A stretch of 64,000 nucleotides of DNA from Macrostomum lignano (lineage: Eukaryota). The position numbers were made by a program, and so were the translations under genes. Shown here piece by piece: positions 25,501 to 46,720 of the stretch; the first letter of the stretch is position 1, and every line of letters starts with the position of its first letter. The notes under the pieces were generated by a model. It ran no database searches, had not been told where the DNA came from, and was given only the letters and a program-made list of their open reading frames with translations. The stretch is from positions 992,001 to 1,056,000 of the forward strand of contig NIVC01000031.1 in NCBI GenBank assembly GCA_002269645.1, in the 5' to 3' direction.

Positions 25501-28500
25501 AAAATTTGAAGCAAAAAATCTGCTGTCTTTAAATTTTTTGCTCCAATCAATAAACGTATTAAGAGAATTCACAAAAAAGTGCAATGAAACTTTTCATCCG
25601 ATATGTATCGAAAAAACAACTTTATAAAGGTAATTATTGCACAAGGCATTAGACGATCATACATACTTTCGATTTAATAAAATTGGTTAAAAACAAAATC
25701 AACAGACGAAATGTTGTTTATTTTTAATCTGGAATTCATTAAACCTTTTATTTTCTCAAAAATCTCTTCATAGGTAATGAAACATGGAAAAAGTGCTTTT
25801 TCGCCGATATGTTTTGTATACTGTTTAATAAAGCAGAAATTTACATTATTTTAAATTGAAGCGGAAATCTATCGTTTACCAACATGTAACTTCTGCAGAA
25901 CGCCTATCAGCGGTCGAGGCCGTCGCTGTTCGCGATTTCTGCGATCTGGCCGACCCTAAAAGCATCGCATTTCGGTGCGGTGAGAGACTCACCGTGCTGG
26001 AGCGCGCCGGTGACATCTGGAAGGGCTACGTCACTAGCCAGGGCCTGTCCACGGCTGGCTACTTCCCAAGCAGCGCCGTGCAAATCCAAGCTAGTCGACA
26101 TCAGCCGGAGCAAAGACCGCCATCAGGATCAAATGACGCATCGACTGGCGGCAGGAGTCTGTCGGTTGGTTCAACTTCGCATCCGCCTCTGTTAAGTCAC
26201 CTCCAACAGGCCGGCACAGGTTATTTTAACCACCAAGCCGGCCGGCATTCGGAGGGCCTCGTGCCTTGCGCAATTCCGCAGCTGCCAATTTCAACACAAA
26301 CTTCGGCTGCGTCAACGAATTCGTCGGATTCGGCCGCTGTTGGCATCGGGGCGCCGTCGCCTCCGGGAATCAGTGGCGGTGGCAGCGGCAACAGGAACAG
26401 CGCGGCCAGCCTCGATAGCGGTCGGAGCAGTTCTCACACGGCAACCAGCTGCGATTCTAGGGTAAGAAAAAATTGCCCGAATTGAAAGCCCAACTTGAAA
26501 TAAAAATCTTAAAAAACATCTGGCCGGGGAGGGGCTCGAACCCTCGACCTTCGCGTTATCAGCACGACGCTCTAACCAACTGAGCTACTCGGCCTTGCAA
26601 AGTGGCGTGTAAAAACGCTAATATAAAGTTTAGGATTACTTAAGTCTCATTGCAAAGAATAATTCCAATAACACTGAATTTTCCATATGTATCATAGGCG
26701 TCGGAAGGGGGGTCCATGGAGCCGCCACTTTTAAAGTCGGGGGGCCGGGGCGTCAATGGGTACCACCTGCCCCCTCCCCACTTTTTCAAACGTTCCGACG
26801 CTTGTCATGTGCATAATCTACGCTCGTATGATCCATAATATTTTAATATTTACTGGTAGAACATGTACCGTAAAAAGGCAAGAAACGCTATCTTTTAATT
26901 TAGAGCGGAAAACCTAATGATTGTCACAATTTCTTCTACCAATCGATTTTACCTGTTTTCCATGAGGTTTTTGATTAACCTCCAAAAACACAGGCTAAAA
27001 CCCGCTAAATCTAATTAAACTATAATAAGTAAATCTTCAGCGCTCTACTAGCAGTAGATTACGCGCAAGCTTACAGTATTTTTACATGAACGAAGTCAGA
27101 AAAGCATGAAACATTGACATTTTAGGTCGCCTTCGCTCTGCCACCGCAAAGCAGCACCGCTAGCAACAGTCGATTGGCATCAACATCAACTGGAGCTCCT
27201 GTCGCAGCGTCAGCAGCCGCTGGTGTCAGTGGCGGAGGCGTTGCAGGATCCGCCGCCTGCACTTCCACCAGTCGCGTTGGAGGCTCGCAAGACTCCGGCC
27301 TGGGACCACGACAGAGTCTAGTAAGCACGTGCTCCTCGGGTAGTCTTGGCAGCCTGCCAGACGATGCCAATTCGTCCGTGAGCAGCTCGACTGGCGATCA
27401 ATTGACCATCGAGCCTCCATACAACCCGGCAGATTGGCACAGGGCCGGCCTGAGCAGTGAGCAACAGCTCGAAAAGTTTCTCAATGCCTGTCAGTTCGGT
27501 CTGTATCTGGACAACTTCCAGGAGGCTGGCTACGATCTGGCCACGCTGATCCGCTGCACTCCGGAAGATCTCAACGCAGTCGGTCTGACTGATCCCAAGC
27601 ATCGAAAGCGCCTTCGCCAGGAGCTGGTTCGTCTGGCGAACTCTTTGCGACTGGCAGCGCTGCCTGACTCAATTGAAGAGGCCGCAGCATCGGCTCATCC
27701 TATGGACGATGTCGGACAGTTCTGTCAACGCCTCGGCCTGTCAGACTGTGTCGCTGATTGTCTTCGACAGCAGGGCTTCGCGCTAGTGCAAGACTTAGCC
27801 AACATGGCCTGGGAAGATCTGGAAGAAATTGGCGTTTCGAAGCTTGGTAAGGATATATCCTCGCGTACGTGTTTTTGTGACGATATGTGTGGAAAAAAGT
27901 TATAGATAAATATGTTTGAACAAAGATAGGCTGTGACCTTGTACGGTCGCCCATTGTTGATTTCTATTTCTGATAAAACGATTTTTTAAGCAGAACAGAA
28001 TTCGATCTGAAATCCAGCTATTTAGTCTAAGGATATCAGATCTCTTATGTGCTTTGGCATTTGAGCAACCCATACATGTATGAGCCAAGCATTTAACAAT
28101 TCTGCTCATGAGCCTTGACATCTCAGTAATATTCTCCACATGAGCATTGACATCTTAGCAATTCCCCCGGATATGAGACTTGGCATCTCAGCAATTCCCC
28201 CCATGAGCCTTGGCATCTCAGCAATTCTCCCCATGAGCCTTGACATCTCATCAATATTCTCCCCATGAGCATTGACATCTCATCAATTCCCCCCATGAGC
28301 CTTGACATCTCATCAATATTCTCCCCATGAGCATTGACATCTCAGCAATTCTCCCCATGAGCCTTGGCATCTCAGCAATTCCCCCATGAGCCTTGGCATC
28401 TCATTAATATTCTCCCCATGAGCATTGACATCTCAGTAATATTCTCCCCATGAGCATTGACATCTTAGCAATTCCCCCAGATATGAGCCTTGACATCTCA

Positions 28501-30671
28501 GCGATTCCCCCATGAGCCTTGACATCTCAGCAATATTCTCCCATGAGCCTTGAAATCTCAGCAATTCCTCCCATGAGCCTTGGCATCTCAGCAATATTCT
28601 CCCATGAGCCTTGAAATCTCAGCAATTCCCCCCATGAGCATTGACATCTTAGCAATTCCCCCGGATATGAGACTTGGCATCTCAGCAATTCCCCCCATGA
28701 GCCTTGGCATCTCAGCAATATTCTCCCATGAGCCTTGAAATCTCAGCAATTCCCCCCATGAGCTTTGACATCTCAGCAATATTCTCCCATGAGCCTTGAC
28801 ATCTCAGCAATATTCTCCCCATGAGCCTTGACATCTCAGCAATTCCCCCCATGAGCCTTGGCATCTCAGCAATTCCCCCATGAGCCACAGAATTTCAGCA
28901 ACTATTTTATGGTTTTACGCGAAAAAAATCTTTTTTGACCCACAAAAACAACGATCGATTTCTGTTGCAAGCAGATCAGATGCTCGTGTTTGAATACAAT
29001 ATGCCTGTTTTTTGTGCAGTTTATTTTCGTAAAGCTTTCTTTGTTGACAAGCTGTTCCATTAGCAGCAACTCAACAGTTGCTAAGAAGCTGAGGTAGTAT
29101 ATTAAAGAATGGAAAACCTTCTGTATCAGCAATGTTGCACTCAAGTGAGATTTTAACGATATTAGAGTGTGCGGTTTTCTAAGAAATCAATATTATAAAT
29201 ATTTTTCCAGCAGCTCAGACGCGCCAGTTGACGTCAGCCAAGTGTGGCAAAGTTTTGTTAGGTACAAATTGATTTGTTTAAACGCTATATATTAAATACA
29301 GTACGTGTACCTGTGTGTATTCCGTAATTAGTTTTATAATCACACAAACCCATGTTACAGTTATGTACAGATGGTAATATCACAGATATATTAGCTAATT
29401 GACTTTTTTGTGAAATTCAAAATCATTCCTTACTTGTCACACGCATTCCCAATTAATGTATTAATGTCACACACATCTTTTACGTGTCTACATGAGATTT
29501 AAAAGCTGGTGATTTTAGTGTCTATTTTTTTGTTACATATTCTAGTTAGCATTGTGTAAAAAATTAGCTAGACTTGGATTAGTTTACAGATATAGTTATA
29601 AGCATAGGTTTGCATGATCGAATTACATGTAGGTTGCAGACAGTGCATGTCTACTTTTCTATAGCTCCAACCGTTTAGTGTCAGGGTAAGACGCTTCTGT
29701 CAGCGCCGTTCCCATCCGTAACGATTGCTTTTAATTTCAGTTAATAACAACAAAACAATTTTTTTTCAGGCCATCAGAAGAAGCTTATGGTAGCCATTGA
29801 TCGGTTGAAACGACCCAGAAGTATGCAGCAGCAGCAGCACCAACAGCACCAACACAGACACACAGCCTCTAGTGGAACATGCACAGCTACTGCAGATGCT
29901 ATCGTCCAGCATACGCCTGACTCCTCTTGTGCAGGTGAGTGCGCCAAGGGCTTATCCAAGATTTTTTTGGTTGCTGGGGGGCTGCAGGAGTCTTTGAAGT
30001 GGCGCCACCTCGGGGTACCATCGTGGAAGCTTTAGCATCAGGAACGTCGTCAGCACGGGGCTTTAGCACCAGGGGCTTTAGCACCAGGGGATTTAGCACC
30101 AGGGGCTTTAGCACCAAGGGGCTTTAGCACCAGGGGCTTTAGCACCAGGGGCTTTAGCACCAAGGGGCTTTAGCACCAGTGGCTTTAGCACCAAGGGGCT
30201 TTAGCACCAGTGGCTTTAGCACCAGGGGCTTTAGCACCAAGGGGCTTTAGCACCAGTGGCTTTAGCACCAAGGGGCTTTAGCACCAGTGGCTTTAGTACC
30301 AGTGGCTTTAGCACCAAGGGGCTTTAGCACCAGGGGCTTTAGCACCAGTAGCTTCAGCACCAGGGGCTTTAGCCGTAGGAAACTTTTGGCAGTGTCAAGA
30401 ATCAATTTGACAGTCCCTGCACCTGGCAAGCAGTGATTCCACTGGAGCCCTGGTTATTTTAACTGGACTAAAAACCTCCCTACACTGCATGCAAATCTTT
30501 TGCTTGCAGCACCATGCAGCTCTGCAACTCAAGCAGCGGCTGCGCCGCACCAGCTTCCCGTGCAGCAGCCGAACAGGACCAATCATCAGCCGCCTCAGTC
30601 TCCTCATCATCGGGTGGGAAACAAACCGATAGCAAAGGTGGTTGGCCAATCTTCAACGGAGACGTCGGATC

Positions 30672-30719
<48 letters not shown>

Positions 30720-31063
30720 TGCCCGCAAAAGTGCCGCCTCCTCCGCCGAAGCGAGTGACCTCCATGCTGCGATCCAGAGATCCCAGTCCGATGGTGCAAC
30801 CGCAGCAGCCGCCGCAGCCACAGCAGCAGCAGCAGCAACAGCAGCAGCTCAACCATCGTCAACCGTCATCGCGCGGTGGTGCCTACGAAAACGCAGGCCA
30901 AATTGAAACAGCCGTTCGAAATCTGCAACTGAAACGGCCACCGCCCCAGTCTCAGACTGCTTCTGTCCCAGCAGTTGGTAACAGTTGTTCGAGATCTAAC
31001 TCTGCCGCATCGGTCGCTTCGATTCCGTTTGCTAATGAGAACTGCGGTACCGTTATTCGACAC

Positions 31064-31102
<39 letters not shown>

Positions 31103-32037
31103 CTTCCTAATGGCAGTTCGCCAGATGTCAACAAGTGAGATTGAGTTCTTTCCTCAAAGCTTTGACGTTAAAAAACTGAATGAGCACTTTGTATGTCACT
31201 GAATAAGTCAGTTCTTCTGTCACTGAATGAGTCAGTTCTTCTGTCACTGAATGAGTCAGTTCGTATGGCACTGAATGAGTCAGTTCTTCTGTCACTGAAT
31301 GAGTCAGTTCTTCTGTCACTGAATGAGTCAGTTCTTCTGTCACTGAATGAGTCAGTTCGTATGGCACTGAATGATTCAGTTTGCCTGTCACTGAATGAGT
31401 CAGTTTGCCTGTCACTGAATGAGTCAGTTCATTATCTGTCACTGAATGAGTCAGTTCTTCTGTCACTGAATGAGTTCTTCTGTCACTGAATGAGTCAGTT
31501 CTTCTGTCACTGAATGAGTCAGTTCGTATGGCACTGAATGATTCAGTTTGCCTGTCACTGAATGAGTCAGTTCATTATCTGTCACTGAATGAGTCAGTTC
31601 ATTATCTGTCACTGAATGAGTCAGTTCATCATCTGTCACTGAATGAGTCAGTTTATCATCTGTCATTGAGTGAGTCAGTTCATCATCTGTCATTGAGTGA
31701 GTCAGTTTATCATCTGTCATTGAGTGAGTCAGTTCATCATTTGTCACTGAAAGAATCACAGTAAAGCGCATTTCAAATCACTTTTTTTTCTAGGCGCCTT
31801 CCCCTTGTCAGTGGCTACCATGGTAACCAGCATGGTAACCAGCATGGCAACCAGCAGAGCATCGCCCCCGGGAGTACTCTCCTGATGCCTCCCAGCTCTC
31901 TATCATCGCCAACTTCAACAGCTACGGGCGCCTCAGACTGCGATGACAGCTTTTCTAACCTGGATGACATCTGCGACATGCTGTCGGATCTGCAGTCGAT
32001 GTTGGACAAAGAACTCAGAGAAAAGCCTGTGGTTTAA
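5201..32037 (+). CDS. CASKIN: Caskin (ANK x6 - SH3 - SAM - SAM - Pro/Gln-rich - Caskin C-terminal domain); first exon not identified
   Basis: Exons 5201-5264, 14922-15019, 16663-16808, 16987-17082, 18593-18759, 19855-19966, 23659-23761, 25899-26461, 27126-27846, 29770-29934, 30510-31134, 31794-32037. All are AG/GT-flanked with matching phases (3104 nt = 2 + 1034 codons). Motifs: GVNQQLRNG|MSALHQAA, TPLHLACQGGHYDV, AFDAACEFGHFS, LHLTARNGHTDVLR, SH3 (RDFCD..IAFRCGE..WKG..GYFPSSAV), SAM1 (AGYDL..PEDLNAVGLTDPKHRKRL), SAM2 (WEDLEEIGVSKLG|HQKKLM), C-term LDDICDMLSDLQSMLD*. Confidence 0.93.
5565..7020. repeat. Two abutting 20-bp minisatellite domains related to the 1-2590 array (CAACACGAGACTCTTCTATC, then GTCTAAGATGAGACTCCAGT)
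   Basis: Directly visible; sharp switch of variant at ~6090. The 183-aa ORF 5550-6101 is this repeat translated. Confidence 0.97.
7082..8160 (+). pseudogene. Probable decayed non-LTR (LINE, Jockey/I-like) reverse transcriptase C-terminal region
   Basis: Fragments across frames resemble RT motifs in the expected order: LIYAQ*I (YADD-like), LLKPDSNKS, ILGQAFSIYRPTLTCG..W..KLES, CGSDTPTYRL, and a terminal HIFFIC. Multiple stops and frameshifts; by-eye similarity only. Confidence 0.4.
8425..10478. repeat. 23-bp minisatellite (AAACTGAGGATTCTATGG[C/T]GCTT), ~89 units
   Basis: Period measured 8443->8466; higher-order blocks of 253 and 391 bp. Confidence 0.98.
11030..13610. repeat. 24-bp (with 22-bp variants) purine-rich minisatellite GAGATTGATATGGGATAGAGATGA
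   Basis: Directly visible; explains the spurious 855-aa minus-strand ORF. Confidence 0.97.
14180..14340. repeat. 22-bp minisatellite GATATCTGCTGATTGATGATGG (~7 units)
   Basis: Directly visible. Confidence 0.92.
15670..16245 (-). mobile_element. Tc1/mariner (DD34E) transposase remnant, 3' half, with stops and frameshift
   Basis: FQDDNAPPHRA..WPSRSPDMNPIEHV*(W) followed, after a frameshift, by FLRRLVLGMPRRVSALLHARGCYTRY* (stop 15835-15837), the classical Tc1 C-terminus. Element boundaries approximate. Confidence 0.9.
16389..16560 (+). mobile_element. tRNA-headed CORE-type SINE fragment (family B)
   Basis: A-box-like GTGGCCTAGTGG, then GTGTCCTTGAGCAAGAC...CAGCTGTACAATGGG, resembling the CORE-SINE domain (TGTGACCTTGGGCAAG...CTGTAAAATGGG). 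Confidence 0.6.
17200..18230. repeat. 30-bp minisatellite GTGTCTCAGTGTCCTGTAAGTCCTCTGTA[T/G], ~33 units
   Basis: Directly visible; degenerate copies extend back to ~17130. Explains ORFs 17290-18159 and 17319-18239. Confidence 0.97.
18795..18960. repeat. CT-rich ~38-bp repeat (3-4 copies)
   Basis: CTCCCTCTCTACCTCTCTCCCTCTACTTCC[T/C]TGTCTGC repeated. Confidence 0.85.
20073..20285 (+). mobile_element. tRNA-derived SINE family A, copy 2
   Basis: GGGGCCGTAGCCCAGCGG (A-box) ... GGCTCGATTCC (B-box) head; body and tail shared with the other copies. Confidence 0.85.
20725..20922. mobile_element. hAT-like MITE (short copy with small internal GA tract)
   Basis: CAGGGG left end; right end TTTGCCGACCGCTG is a 12/14 inverted match to CAGGGATCGGCAAA at 44528; internal segments align with 3969-5096. 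Confidence 0.65.
21951..21988. promoter_or_regulatory. (CT)19 microsatellite / GAGA-type tract upstream of the candidate internal Caskin promoter
   Basis: Pure CT run ~385 bp upstream of ATG 22373; regulatory role inferred only. Confidence 0.4.
22373..22909 (+). CDS. Candidate alternative first coding exon of Caskin (Pro-rich, polyQ, Ser-rich; 179 codons)
   Basis: ATG-initiated ORF inside the 19967-23658 intron with protein-like composition; a strong phase-0 donor CCA|GTGAGT at 22909/22910 matches the phase-0 acceptor of exon 23659. Confidence 0.6.
24600..25085. repeat. Degenerate ~21-22 bp minisatellite (CCCTAGCAACA[T/G/A]GACTAGCT)
   Basis: Directly visible. Confidence 0.92.
26511..26516 (-). 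terminator. Pol III terminator (T6) of the tRNA gene
   Basis: TTTTTT on the minus strand 4 nt after the discriminator base. Confidence 0.8.
26521..26594 (-). tRNA. tRNA-Ile-GAT: tRNA-Ile, anticodon GAT (74 nt, intronless), antisense within a Caskin intron
   Basis: GGCCGAG TA GCTC AGTTGGTTA GAGC G TCGTG CTGATAA CGCGA AGGTC GAGGG TTCGAGC CCCTC CCCGGCC A folds into a cloverleaf (one A6.C67 mismatch); body closely resembles eukaryotic tRNA-Ile(AAT). Confidence 0.92.
26693..26806. mobile_element. ~110-bp MITE-like element with inverted termini
   Basis: AGGCGTCGGAA ... TTCCGACGCTT inverted repeat around a GC-rich core in an AT-rich intron. Confidence 0.55.
28100..28890. repeat. ~30-33 bp minisatellite GAGCCTTG[A/G]CATCTCAGCAATTCTCCCCAT
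   Basis: Directly visible. Confidence 0.95.
30050..30372. repeat. 15/16-bp minisatellite GGGGCTTTAGCACCA
   Basis: Directly visible. Confidence 0.95.
31195..31750. repeat. 24-bp minisatellite TGTCACTGAATGAGTCAGTTCTTC (27-bp variants) filling the last Caskin intron
   Basis: Directly visible; most units contain TGAGTCA. Confidence 0.95.
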
Positions 32038-32954
32038 CAGCTGATAGACAATTTTTTGAATTTAATATTTTCATGAAAGTTGCCAACATCATGGAGTACA
32101 ATATAAAGAATTTTTTTTAATATCCTAAACTTCTTATTCTAGGTTGACTCTATAAAGTGAAGGCAAACCAGCAAAATTAATTAACTAAACACTTAACAAT
32201 ATTAAATTACCTTCGAAATAATTATTCATTCTAAATTCAATATTTTTAGTTATATTTCTTTATCAATCTCTTTTTCTATAAAATCGCATATAAATTTGTT
32301 TTGTAGTTTTTTTATTGATTTTTTTCATCGCGTTAAAAGCAATCTTAAAATTTAACTTTGAAAAAATTAGTACAGGCATCTTGAGTTTTTAATTTTGTTA
32401 AAAGCAGCTAATTAAAACAATTCGATTGTAACAATCATGATTCTTCACGAATATTGACAGAAGAAAATGTCCTTATTGATCAGCATGCTGATGTTCTGTT
32501 TGCATTGTAAAAAGCTTTTCAAATTTGCGCTTTTTATAGCATACTTTCCTCTGGTTTTGTTTCTCTACACAGAATAACTTGTAAATATTAAACTTCGAAA
32601 ATTTGTTATACTTCAATCACGTGCATGCGACACGTACGTGCGAACAGCAAAAATATACATGATAAAATTTCCCTGGAAGTTCTGAAACCGTATCGATAAT
32701 AAAAGAATTTTTTTAATAATTGTCTGCATCATGCATTTTTATTTGTTAATATTACGTGCAGCTGTATAAAGAATTTAAAATTCAGTTTCGAGTTCAGAAC
32801 AGCAAAAAGTATTAACAAAAATCACAGTTTTCAAAGTTCTGCAAAAATAAATTTAGACTCAAATCAAAAAAACAAAAAAATCCTGCAATCACCAAGCCGA
32901 ATTTATAGATAGTAACGTAAGTCATGCCACCCTTAAAACATTTACGTGCAGTAG

Positions 32955-45447
<12,493 letters not shown>

Positions 45448-45960
45448 GACTCTCAGCTGTAGTCTGTGGCTTTAGCAGTGAGCTGCTAAATAGGGTTGCT
45501 AAGGTATATGTTGTCCCCTCCAACATCTATACAGCCGCAGGGGGTACAAAAGTTAAATAGCTGGGAAAGTTCAGCCACTAACAGGCTCTGTTGGACTGAA
45601 ATCCGACTATTTAACTGCGTTTCTCACGCGCTTTCGAAGCTCTGAGTCTCTCTCGAACCTTAATGTCTAGAGTTCATGCCCACCCGTCCAGTGCTGCAGC
45701 CTATAGCTCGTGCTCATTACTGGCAAGGCCAGAGTAAGCTAAACAAATCTTTATTCATCTGGCTTCAACTGTTTATCTCTCTCGGGGGTCCCATGTGCCT
45801 TACTTCAGTTTGACTTTCTATAATCCGAGTTACCAAGTACTCGCACTTATCTCTCCGGAGTAATAAAGCTTAGCTTTGCTAATTGCGAGTGTATTTTTGA
45901 TATGGTACATTTGTCAATCAAAAACTCTGAGCTGGATTTGAGCACACACGCCTTTGAGCA

Positions 45961-45961
45961 C

Positions 45962-45995
<34 letters not shown>

Positions 45996-45996
45996 C

Positions 45997-46051
<55 letters not shown>

Positions 46052-46052
46052 C

Positions 46053-46095
<43 letters not shown>

Positions 46096-46096
46096 C

Positions 46097-46157
<61 letters not shown>

Positions 46158-46173
46158 ATATCTATCTATCTAG

Positions 46174-46213
<40 letters not shown>

Positions 46214-46222
46214 GTATGTATG

Positions 46223-46262
<40 letters not shown>

Positions 46263-46263
46263 C

Positions 46264-46303
<40 letters not shown>

Positions 46304-46330
46304 ATCTATCTATCTATCTATCCATCTATC
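45961..46330. repeat. (TATC)n microsatellite between the divergent TRPA and GRD-gene starts
   Basis: Directly visible. Confidence 0.98.
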
Positions 46331-46720
46331 ACTAGCAGAAGCTTAGCACTTGAAAAAGTCAACAAATAATAGAAAAACGATTTTACTAAGATAAAAATTT
46401 CTCAATCATCTTATTCTTTGAGACTGAGTGGTGCTCAGGCAATTAAAATCGCCGAGAAGAGCTCTCAGACGTGTGAATTCATTTGTTTACGCTCATATGA
46501 ACGGGTTTTTAAGTCCTCTTCAAACAATGTTGAATTTTCTTGTGCTTCATTTTCCAAGAATGCTTTGACTGACACTTCAACTGCTGTTTTAAATGGATTG
46601 GTTCTCATGTTTACTATAAATTTGTCAGGATACGAGCGTACGTGACTGATTCACGCAACCATTTCTGTAACTATTGGCAAGGTTAGTGAAATAAAATTGG
46701 AGAAATTGGTTGCCGAAGTC

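Noticed and set aside
31133-31138. In-frame TGA overlapping the donor (AA|GTGA), giving a possible C-terminally truncated Caskin
   Set aside because: Stops at GTGA donors are commonplace; nothing indicates intron retention.
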